Shown: positions 7,600 to 15,344 of the stretch, piece after piece
Layout: the number at the start of each line of letters is the position of its first letter
Position numbering within the stretch: position 1 is the first letter of the stretch
Source of the DNA: a bacterium
Lineage (GTDB): Bacteria; Acidobacteriota; Thermoanaerobaculia; Multivoradales; JAHEKO01
NCBI GenBank assembly: GCA_024224155.1
Contig: JAAENP010000289.1
Span: 1-17,092 of the forward strand
DNA length: 17,092 nt
Direction of reading: 5' to 3'
The notes under the pieces: model-generated
Database searches by the model: none
Told to the model about the DNA's origin: nothing
What the model saw: only the letters and a program-made list of their open reading frames with translations
Translations under genes and position numbers: made by a program

Positions 7600-9033
7600 C
7601 TACTTCACCACGACCTTCTTGCCGACCTTGAGGTTGTTCTCACGGTCGAGATCGTAGTTGCTCTTGTCCTGATCGGCGACGGTCACCAGATAGTACGTGC
7701 CGGGCGGCACGTCCTCCGGCACGGCGGCCTTGAGCCGCGCACCCTTCTTCTTCCCCGCCGCGAGACCGTTGACTTTCGCCTTTCCCAACCACCAGGCGCT
7801 CTGATCGAGGGTTTTCTCGGGCGCCAGATAGAAATCCACCGAGGTGGCGAGCGACCGGTCGGGGCTGGCATTCTTCAACTTCGCCACCAGGCGCAGAGTC
7901 TCGCCCGGGGCGACACGGCGCGGCTTGGCCTTGGCACGCAAGGTTCGCAGGTCGATGATCTCTCTTCCGGTCAGAATGATCTCGAGAAGCGGTGCGGTCT
8001 CGAGAATGTCCAGGTCTCCGCCGGCCGGAACGTCGACCCCGCACGCCGCGACGATCTCGGCGTCCGGGAGCACCAGGATCGCTTGGCCGCCGTAGCCGCT
8101 GGCGGCGTAGCCCCAAAGCGGCCTCAGCCGAGGATCATGCAAGAAGAGCTGAAAGAACTCCGGTTCGTACGTCCACCACATGTAGCCGTACCCGCGCCCG
8201 ACCGCCTCGCTTTGAGAGTACGCCCGGGTGCTCTCCGCGACCCACTCCTCGGGGATGATCTGACGATCGCCCCAGCGGCCGTTCTGCAGGAAGAGCTGGC
8301 CGAAGCGAGCCCGGTCTCGAGTCGTCATCCTGAAGGTGTAGCAGGGGTGCTCCGAGAACGGCTCGTAGGCGTAGTGGCAGGTCACCGGCGTGAAGTCCTG
8401 CATGCCGATGTGGCGGCCGATCCTGTTCTGAAACTCCTCGAAGATATCGACGCCAGTCTCCTGCCGGAATATCGTGCCGAGGGCGTTGAAGTCCCAGTTG
8501 TTGTAGTACCAAAAGGTGTCGGGCGGATGCGAGCCCCGAGGCGGACGCGCAGCCTTCATCTCCGGCGCTTCACAGGCCGCCTCGATGTAGATGCCGGATC
8601 TCGCTTTGATGAGATGGCGCACCTTCGCTTGCTTCTCGGCCGGGGTCAATGCCGTCGAGTCGTCGATGTCGAGCTCCTCCAAGGTCATGTCGAGATCGAT
8701 GTTGCCGTTGGCGACGTGGATGCCGTACAGAGCGCTCAAGAAGCTCTTGCGCATCGAGTGACACCAGAACGGCGAGGTCTCGCGCCCGAAGCTCGCCAGG
8801 ATCTTGCCCTTGAAGACCATGACGAAGGCCCCGATCGGGGCATCGGGCAGGCCCTGCCAATGCTGCTCGGCGGCCGCGATTGCTGCCGACGAGAAACCCG
8901 CTTCTTCCGGACTCCCCCACCTCTCCCAATCTCCATCGGCAGCCTCGGCGGCAGACGAATGGAGCGCGATCGGCCCGATCAGCGTGGCCGCGGTGAGGAT
9001 CGCGGCGATATGAACTCGGCGCTGTTTGCGCAT
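7600..9033 (-). CDS. Beta-lactamase-fold serine hydrolase (S-x-x-K motif SMRK) with a C-terminal CARDB-like beta-sandwich domain, secreted
   Basis: ATG with a GGAGGGG SD gives MRKQRRVHIAAILTAATLIGPIALHSSAAEA, a signal peptide. The motif FWCHSMRKSF matches the class C / esterase family. The C-terminal roughly 100 aa (PGETLRLVAKLKNASPDRS...GTYYLVTVADQDKSNYDLDRENN) look like a CARDB domain. The track ORF extends to 9117 but lacks an RBS there. Confidence 0.7.
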   Translation of the reverse strand: MRKQRRVHIAAILTAATLIGPIALHSSAAEAADGDWERWGSPEEAGFSSAAIAAAEQHWQGLPDAPIGAFVMVFKGKILASFGRETSPFWCHSMRKSFLSALYGIHVANGNIDLDMTLEELDIDDSTALTPAEKQAKVRHLIKARSGIYIEAACEAPEMKAARPPRGSHPPDTFWYYNNWDFNALGTIFRQETGVDIFEEFQNRIGRHIGMQDFTPVTCHYAYEPFSEHPCYTFRMTTRDRARFGQLFLQNGRWGDRQIIPEEWVAESTRAYSQSEAVGRGYGYMWWTYEPEFFQLFLHDPRLRPLWGYAASGYGGQAILVLPDAEIVAACGVDVPAGGDLDILETAPLLEIILTGREIIDLRTLRAKAKPRRVAPGETLRLVAKLKNASPDRSLATSVDFYLAPEKTLDQSAWWLGKAKVNGLAAGKKKGARLKAAVPEDVPPGTYYLVTVADQDKSNYDLDRENNLKVGKKVVVK

Positions 9034-9138
9034 GTGCCCCTCCTTGTCTGGAGACGCGACATTGGCTGCGATAGTCCGCAAGGGCACGCCGAAGTCGCTG
9101 CTGGACGGCCTCTGCATGGTTTCAACGAGCCAGATCGG

Positions 9139-9507
9139 CTAGATGAGGTGGACGATCTCTCTTTTGCCGGACTCTCCCTGCACTACGTAGGTCGATAGGT
9201 GGACCCGAGTCGCCTTGCCCGAGGCGCTGCGGAAGAGCGTCTCGGCCTCGCCAATCGGGCGAAGGAGCATCTGCTCTCGGTTGACCGGCTCTTCTTGCGG
9301 CGCGATGTAAGGACAGTTCTGGGCGCAGAAGCGCCCGCCGGCCGGGTCTTGGCCCTTCAGCACCGTCCAGCAGCGCCGGCCGACAATGTCGGAGCTGCTG
9401 TAGCCCAAGCGGTTCGTAGCCGCCTCGTTCCAGGCGATCATCCTGCCTTCTGCATCTACCGCGAACGCGGCACCGCTCGCGGTCGCAACGACCTTCGCAC
9501 CGTTCAT
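9139..9507 (-). CDS. Standalone PAS-domain protein (122 aa)
   Basis: AGGAGA SD 4 nt upstream. PAS signature GAAFAVDAEGRMIAWNEAATNRLGYSSSDIVGRRCWTV. Three cysteines cluster in RRCW / RFCAQNCPY. Confidence 0.7.
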   Translation of the reverse strand: MNGAKVVATASGAAFAVDAEGRMIAWNEAATNRLGYSSSDIVGRRCWTVLKGQDPAGGRFCAQNCPYIAPQEEPVNREQMLLRPIGEAETLFRSASGKATRVHLSTYVVQGESGKREIVHLI

Positions 9508-9842
9508 GGTCTCTCCTTTCGCGCTTGCGATGGAGCATTACGTGCCGCCCCATCCGCCCTTCGGCAGCTCGGCGGTCTTGCGATCTTCGTGCGGGGAAAG
9601 CCGTCGCGGAGGAAGCGAGGACCCGCGGCTTTGCGCCCCTGGGTTTCCCCAGGTATGCCCTTATCGAGGCAATTCAGAATGTTACGCTCTCCTTGCGCGA
9701 GCTGCGCCACCCCAACGGGCAGGGGGGTCCAGCCAAAGAGAGGCGCGAATGAAGAAGGGGCTAGTTCGGGCGGCCTCCGGCTTGCGCCGGCGTGTGGCCT
9801 GCTGCATAGCCCGACCCAAGCGGGATCGCCACCCTGGGAAAA

Positions 9843-11678
9843 ATGCTCGCTTTCCCGTTTCGCACGGTGTCGCCGGAGCGTCCGTTCGTGGCTCTTTTCG
9901 CGGCGTGCGCGCTCTGCATGTCGATGCCTGTGACCACACCGGCCACCGCGCAGGTCTCCTTCACTCGTAACTACGTCGATCTGGCCTACGGCGGCAACGG
10001 CCGTCCGGGCTGGGTCCGAGCCGGCGACATGGACGGCGACGGTGACCTCGACATCGTCGCCGGTGGCGGCAACGCTCTTTTCATATATGAGAACGATCCG
10101 GCCACGCCCGGCTGGGCGCGCCACGGCACACTCGACGGTACGGGACAGATGGGCGCCAACGGCGCAGTGCTCTTCGACGTCGATGACGATAGCGATCTAG
10201 ACGTCGTTTGTGCCAAGTACAAGAGCGACCTCGGCTGGTGGGAAAACCCGGGCGGAGTCCTCACGACTGCGTCGTGGACCTTCCACAAGATCTCGACCGA
10301 GAGCCGCTACCTGCACGACGTCATCCGGGCCGACCTCGACGGGAACGGCGTTGCCGAGGAGTTCATCGCCAACCTGAACCAGGGCTACTGGAACTCTCGA
10401 ATAACGATCAAATGGCTGACGCCCGCGGCGGTTCCGACGGACCTGTGGCCGTCACACACGATCGAGGCCGATCGACTCGAGGGTGCTCCCCACGGACACG
10501 CCGGTCTCGACACGGGAGACGTTGACGCTGACGGCCACGTCGACGTCTCCTACGCCAACGGCTGGTACGAGGCACCCGACGATCCGGCCGGCTCGTGGAC
10601 CTGGTACCAGGTCACCGACATCTACGGCATCTCGAACTCCCTCGTCCGGGATATGGACAAGGACGGCAACCCGGACCTCGTGATGTCGGCCGGTCATCAC
10701 GGTACCGGCATCGCCTGGTTCGAGGCCCCAGACAACCCGCCGGGCCCGGCTGCCGGTGCGTGGCTCCGCCACGACGTCGACCCGGCTGTCCATCACCCGG
10801 AGTGCCTCGCCGTTGTCGACCTCTTCGGCGACGGCGATCCGGACATCATCTCCTGTGATCTCTTCTTCGGCGAAGACCCCGGCGAACCCGGCTGGGACGA
10901 GGAGGTCCACAACGTCTATGTGTACGAGAACCTGGGAGGGGCGAGCACCTGGACAAAGCACTCGATCGCACCCGATTCCTACCCCAGCCATCTGCTCCAG
11001 ATGGTGGATTTGAACGCGGACGGGCGTACCGACATCCTTAGCGAAGCGACGGGAACCTCGGTGGTGACCTACTATGAAAACACCACACCGGGCACCGTTT
11101 GCCAAGATGACCTTTACGAGCCCGACGACGTCTGCGCCACGGCTGGCACACTTCCCGGAGAGGTCTTCCAGACTCACGCCCTCTGCGATGAAGACTGGGT
11201 CGAGCTCGCCGTGACCGACGAGGCGACCTACGAGGTTCGGACCACCAACCTGTGGTCGGGGACCGATACACTCATCGAGCTCTACGGCCAGGCGTGCAGT
11301 GACTACGTGTCGAGCGACGACGACTCCGGACCAGGCGTGAGCTCGCTGCTGGTCTGGGCGGCGACGTTCTCCGGCACCTACCGGGCGCGAGTACTCGCCG
11401 CAGGTGGCAACTACGCCGCAGGCAACGCCTACGACCTTGTCTACGAGTGCATTCAGGATTGCGGTCTTTGCACCGGGCTCGACCACCTCATTCTTTCCAC
11501 CGGCACGGTTGTAGGCGTTGTCGTCGAGGAGGCCTGCCAGACGATCACCGCCGGGTCCGACTATGGTGTGGGCCCCACCGGAGACCTCACCCTCCGCGCC
11601 GGCGACCTGGTGACCCTCAGCGAGGGTTTCTCGGCGAGCGGCGAGCTCACGATCGAGCTCGACCTCTCCCTTCGTTGA
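9843..11678 (+). CDS. Secreted FG-GAP/VCBS beta-propeller protein with a PPC (pre-peptidase C-terminal) domain, then a conserved C-terminal tail of about 65 aa
   Basis: Signal peptide (h-region FVALFAACALCM, then ATA-Q). Many DxDGDGxxD FG-GAP calcium-binding blades. PPC-like region YEPDDVCATAGTL...TYEVRTT...GTYRARV. The tail CIQDCGLC...ACQTITAG...LRAGDLVTLSEGFS is homologous to the C-terminus of the next gene. Confidence 0.8.
   Translation: MLAFPFRTVSPERPFVALFAACALCMSMPVTTPATAQVSFTRNYVDLAYGGNGRPGWVRAGDMDGDGDLDIVAGGGNALFIYENDPATPGWARHGTLDGTGQMGANGAVLFDVDDDSDLDVVCAKYKSDLGWWENPGGVLTTASWTFHKISTESRYLHDVIRADLDGNGVAEEFIANLNQGYWNSRITIKWLTPAAVPTDLWPSHTIEADRLEGAPHGHAGLDTGDVDADGHVDVSYANGWYEAPDDPAGSWTWYQVTDIYGISNSLVRDMDKDGNPDLVMSAGHHGTGIAWFEAPDNPPGPAAGAWLRHDVDPAVHHPECLAVVDLFGDGDPDIISCDLFFGEDPGEPGWDEEVHNVYVYENLGGASTWTKHSIAPDSYPSHLLQMVDLNADGRTDILSEATGTSVVTYYENTTPGTVCQDDLYEPDDVCATAGTLPGEVFQTHALCDEDWVELAVTDEATYEVRTTNLWSGTDTLIELYGQACSDYVSSDDDSGPGVSSLLVWAATFSGTYRARVLAAGGNYAAGNAYDLVYECIQDCGLCTGLDHLILSTGTVVGVVVEEACQTITAGSDYGVGPTGDLTLRAGDLVTLSEGFSASGELTIELDLSLR
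11448..11675 (+). other. Shared C-terminal domain, copy 1 (cysteine cluster, then AC...LRAG.LVTL..GFS)
   Basis: Aligns with residues encoded at 14967-15185 with a single 2-aa indel. AC, LRAG, LVTL and GFS are invariant. Confidence 0.6.
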
Positions 11679-11909
11679 CCGCGCGGCGCCAAACCGGAAA
11701 CCTATTCCGAGTTGGGAAAAAAAGGACCCTCAGAGACCGGCCAAGCGGCCTCGCGCAGCCGGCGACAAGCGATCTTTCCAAGCCCTAGGCGACCTTTTGG
11801 AGAAACCCTCTCGGATCTCTCGTTGGGCACAGTGCTTGCGTGTTGACTGTCCAGGTAGAAGCACGCCGAGCCGAGAGCGCGCGAGATGGGCCGCCCAAAG
11901 GAGGCTTCG

Positions 11910-14900
11910 ATGTCACGACATCCCGATTCTCCCTGCAACTCGCACTGGCATGACGCTCGACGGGCGCCGATCCAGCCGGTCCTGGCTCTCACTTTGCTGC
12001 TCTTTCACGGAGGGCTCGCTACCGAGGCTTCGCAGCTGGTTTCGTGGCGTGAAGTCTCTTCCGATCGGCCGAAGTCGACGGTCGACTCGGTCGGTCAGGG
12101 ACTCGAGCCGCTGGGGCTGGCGTCCGCCGACTTCGACGAGAACGGGGCGCCGGACCTGGTCGTTGCCTACGGCGGTGGCGACGAAGGCGCCGTCGCGCTC
12201 TATCGCGGCAACATCGACGCGCTCTTTCCTAACAGCCCGGGAGCTCGCCGGCGCCGCTCGAGCGACGGATGGACCGCCGCTCCCTTCGCGCCGGAGCCAC
12301 TCCTCGTAAGTGTGCCGCGGCCCTCGAGAGTTGCGGCGGGCGACTTCGACGCGGACGGACACGCCGACGCGCTGTTGAGCAGCGCGGACGGCAACCGGCT
12401 GATCCTCCTGGCGGGTGACGGACGGGGCGGGTTTCGGACTCCCGTGGAACGTCGCCTCCCGGGCCGCACTACCGCCTGGGCCACCGGCGAGATCGATCGA
12501 CGAGACGGCTTGCCGGACGTCGCCCTCGCCCTCAATCTCGAACAAGGACAGGGCTCACGGATTCTGGTGCTGAGCTCCCCCCAAGGAGCCTGGGCAACCG
12601 AGGGCGAGGCGATCGACTCCGCCCTACTCGCAGCCGACCTCGCGCTGGTCCGGATCGACCGTGACCCCCTGCCGGATCTGGTCATAGCCGGCGAGCGCGA
12701 GCTCCTGGTGCTGGCGGGGCGCGAGCGCTCAGCGGTCACCAACTCTCAGCCGCGCCGGGTCGTGACGTACCAGCCGCTGCCGGCGAAGATGATCGCACTC
12801 GCCACCGGGGATTTCCTGGGAGACCGGGCGCGCCGTGCCGAGATCGCGGCTGCACTGGACGACGGCCGGCTGCTCGTGATCGCCGATCGGCGCGCTCGTG
12901 AGACAACACGAACCGAAGGTGCGGGGCTCGGGAGCTCTGCGCCGTCGCCGGCCTTTGCCACCGGACTTGGGCTCGTTGAGCGGGATAATCTTCTCGACGG
13001 ACCTGCTTTCGACCCGGTTGGGCCGGTTTTGTTCGAGAGGATGGATCTAGGAGACCTGACCGCCGGCCGGCTCTCTTCGGACCACGCCACCAAGCTTTTC
13101 AGCGCGCGGGTTGCAGGGGGTTCGGCGGAGGATCTGCTCCTGCTGCCCGCAAGCGGCGCTGGTCTCGAGTCGATCTCCCTGCGCGCGACGGCCGCGGGCT
13201 CCGACCTGGCGCGGGCCGGGATCCTGGATTCGGCCATTGGACGCATCGTCGACCTTTTGCCGATGCGTCTCAATGCCGACGCGGTCCCCGACTTCGTCGC
13301 TCTGGAAGCCGGCCGAATCGCACCTAGGATCTTCGCTACCAACGGCCTCACCGCGCTGGCCGTCAACTCCACGGAGGACTCGGACGACGGCTCGTGCGAT
13401 CCGGCGCCGGGTGGCGACTGCACCCTGCGCGAGGCGATCAACGCCGCCAACTCTATGGCCGGCCTCGACACCATCGACTTCTCCGGGCTCTCGTCGGGCG
13501 ACCAGACCATCGCCGTCGGCGCGGCGCCGGACTTCCTTGGAGCGCTTCCCATCGTTACCGATCCACTGGTCCTCGACGGGACGACTCATCCCGACGGCCG
13601 GGTCGAGCTCGATGGCACGGCGGCTGGCCTGACCACCAACGGTCTTCAGATCAATGCCGGCATGTCGACCGTCCGCGGCTTCGTGATCAATCGTTTCAGC
13701 CCCTTCAGTGGCCTGGTGTTCTCGATCGGCGATGGCAATATCGCCGAAGGCAACCTCATCGGCACAGACGTCACCGGAATGCTCGATCTGGGCAATGGCG
13801 GTAACGGAGTGCTTCTGACCGAGAGTGCCGGCAACACGATCGGCGGTACCGCCGCGGCGGCCAGGAACGTGATCTCGGGCAACGAGTTTCCGGCCATCTC
13901 GCTCTCCGGTATCGGCGCGACCGGCAACACGGTTCAGGGGAACTTCGTCGGCACCGACGTCACCGGCGACGCGGCCCTGGGCAACACGACGAACAACCTT
14001 CAGATCATTCTCGGCGCCTCGAGCAACACGATCGGCGGCACGGCGGCAGGTGCCGGCAACGTGATCTCAGACAACCTCATGGCGGGCAATCCGGCCATCG
14101 CCGTGGTCGGAGACACCGGCGCCGGCGGCGGCACGCCCGTCGCGACGAGCGGCAACGTATTTCAGGGCAACCTGATCGGCACGGATCGCACCGGCACATT
14201 TGCCTTCGGCAACGCCAGCGTCGCTCTCTTCATCGCCAACAACGCCCCCGACAATACGATCGGCGGTAGCGCTCCGGGAGCGGGAAATGTGATCTCGGCG
14301 AGCGGCCTGGACGCGATACGGATCGGCAGTAGCACCACGACCGGAACCGCGATTGAGGGCAACCTCATCGGCACCGACCTGACGGGCAGCGCCGCCCTGG
14401 GAAACGGCAATCACGGCATCTTTCTCACGGTCTCGCCGAGCGGCACAACTATCGGCGGCGCGGCGGCCGGAAGTGGCAACCTCATCGCTTTCAACGCCCG
14501 CGACGGGATCTTCATCGATTCTGGCGTCGCCAACTCGGTCCAGGGCAACCGGATCTTCTCCAACGGCGAGCTGGCGATCGACCTCTGTGCCGACTTCGAA
14601 GCTGCCACGTCCAGCTGCCTGGACACGGTCGAGGTCACACCGAACGACGTTGACGACGCCGACGTCGGGGCCAACGACCTGCTGAACTTCCCCAGCCTCG
14701 ACCTGGTCCTCGCTGGGACCGCGACCGTCGAAGGTAGGCTCGACGGCCTGCCGAGCACGGATTTCACGTTGCGGTTCTATTCCAACATGAGTTGTGACTC
14801 CTCCGGGCACGGAGAGGCCGAGACCTTCCTGGGAGACGCGCTGGTGACGACCGATGCGACCGGCGGAGCGTCGTTCGCGGTGCCGCTGGGCGTGCCGCTC

Positions 14901-15188
14901 TCGCCGGGGGAACAGCTGGCGGCAACCGCCACCGATTCGGGCGGCAGCACTTCTGAGCTCTCCGCCTGCCGGACTTCCTGTGGGGCGGCGCCCGATCTCG
15001 TGCTCGAGAATCAGACCGTCTCGACGGAGCAGGAGTTCACGGCGTGTGATTCGATCCTGGCCTTCAATGGCTTCGTTGTCGATGCCCTCGTTGCGCTGCG
15101 TGCGGGCCGCCTTGTGACGCTCGGAGACGGGTTTTCGACGGGCGCCGGAGCTGCGCTGACGGTGGCCGTCGATCCACTCGTGCAATAG
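11910..15188 (+). CDS. Large secreted protein: N-terminal FG-GAP repeats, internal CSLREA-type motif (CTLREAINAAN), right-handed parallel beta-helix repeats (GNLIGTDxTG), an NDLLNFP motif region, and the shared C-terminal tail
   Basis: AAGGAGG SD 5 nt upstream of the ATG at 11910. The track start at 11886 has no RBS. A hydrophobic signal-like segment follows a roughly 20-aa n-region. Beta-helix coils of about 63 aa repeat at 13749, 13938, 14167 and 14356. The C-terminus is homologous to the preceding gene. Confidence 0.8.
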   Translation: MSRHPDSPCNSHWHDARRAPIQPVLALTLLLFHGGLATEASQLVSWREVSSDRPKSTVDSVGQGLEPLGLASADFDENGAPDLVVAYGGGDEGAVALYRGNIDALFPNSPGARRRRSSDGWTAAPFAPEPLLVSVPRPSRVAAGDFDADGHADALLSSADGNRLILLAGDGRGGFRTPVERRLPGRTTAWATGEIDRRDGLPDVALALNLEQGQGSRILVLSSPQGAWATEGEAIDSALLAADLALVRIDRDPLPDLVIAGERELLVLAGRERSAVTNSQPRRVVTYQPLPAKMIALATGDFLGDRARRAEIAAALDDGRLLVIADRRARETTRTEGAGLGSSAPSPAFATGLGLVERDNLLDGPAFDPVGPVLFERMDLGDLTAGRLSSDHATKLFSARVAGGSAEDLLLLPASGAGLESISLRATAAGSDLARAGILDSAIGRIVDLLPMRLNADAVPDFVALEAGRIAPRIFATNGLTALAVNSTEDSDDGSCDPAPGGDCTLREAINAANSMAGLDTIDFSGLSSGDQTIAVGAAPDFLGALPIVTDPLVLDGTTHPDGRVELDGTAAGLTTNGLQINAGMSTVRGFVINRFSPFSGLVFSIGDGNIAEGNLIGTDVTGMLDLGNGGNGVLLTESAGNTIGGTAAAARNVISGNEFPAISLSGIGATGNTVQGNFVGTDVTGDAALGNTTNNLQIILGASSNTIGGTAAGAGNVISDNLMAGNPAIAVVGDTGAGGGTPVATSGNVFQGNLIGTDRTGTFAFGNASVALFIANNAPDNTIGGSAPGAGNVISASGLDAIRIGSSTTTGTAIEGNLIGTDLTGSAALGNGNHGIFLTVSPSGTTIGGAAAGSGNLIAFNARDGIFIDSGVANSVQGNRIFSNGELAIDLCADFEAATSSCLDTVEVTPNDVDDADVGANDLLNFPSLDLVLAGTATVEGRLDGLPSTDFTLRFYSNMSCDSSGHGEAETFLGDALVTTDATGGASFAVPLGVPLSPGEQLAATATDSGGSTSELSACRTSCGAAPDLVLENQTVSTEQEFTACDSILAFNGFVVDALVALRAGRLVTLGDGFSTGAGAALTVAVDPLVQ
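14967..15185 (+). other. Shared C-terminal domain, copy 2
   Basis: CRTSCGAAPDLVLENQTVSTEQEFTACDSILAF...LRAGRLVTLGDGFSTGAGAALTV. Homologous to 11448-11675. Confidence 0.6.
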
Positions 15189-15237
15189 CGATCGCGTCGG
15201 ACGGTTGCTTTGAAGCGGCCAGGGCACCTCAATCGTC

Positions 15238-15259
15238 AGGAGTTCTACGTAGGACTCCT
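15238..15259. other. Near-perfect 22-bp palindrome AGGAGTTCTACGTAGGACTCCT (20 of 22 positions symmetric) between the large beta-helix gene and the subtilase gene
   Basis: Read directly. The core CTACGTAG is self-complementary and is flanked by AGGAGT/ACTCCT. No U-tract. An AT-rich patch GATAGATAG follows at 15285-15294. Confidence 0.3.
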
Positions 15260-15344
15260 ACCTACAGCGTGACGAGTGAATCGCTGATAGATAGCCGTCC
15301 GTCTATGAAGAAGGCTCCTACTGAGCGGCAAGGAGGTATTGCTC

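Noticed and set aside
9034-9117. Longer N-terminal extension of the serine hydrolase (track start at 9117)
   Set aside because: There is no RBS at 9117. An internal ATG at 9033 has a GGAGGGG SD and begins a textbook signal peptide.
11448-11675. Considered assigning the shared C-terminal tail to the T9SS CTD (Por secretion tail) or to a PEP-CTERM or LPXTG class
   Set aside because: There is no terminal hydrophobic helix plus Arg/Lys cluster, no PEP or LPXTG motif, and no resemblance to the T9SS type A/B consensus that I can see. Strong SD usage also argues against Bacteroidetes. It is left as an unassigned candidate sorting domain.
11886-11909. Upstream ATG for the large beta-helix protein
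   Set aside because: It has no SD. The ATG at 11910 sits 5 nt after AAGGAGG.
12746-13552. 268-aa minus-strand ORF, plus ORFs at 13047-13589 and 14067-15227
   Set aside because: All are antisense to the large beta-helix gene and Ser/Arg/Ala-rich. They mirror its repeat structure and so are shadow ORFs.
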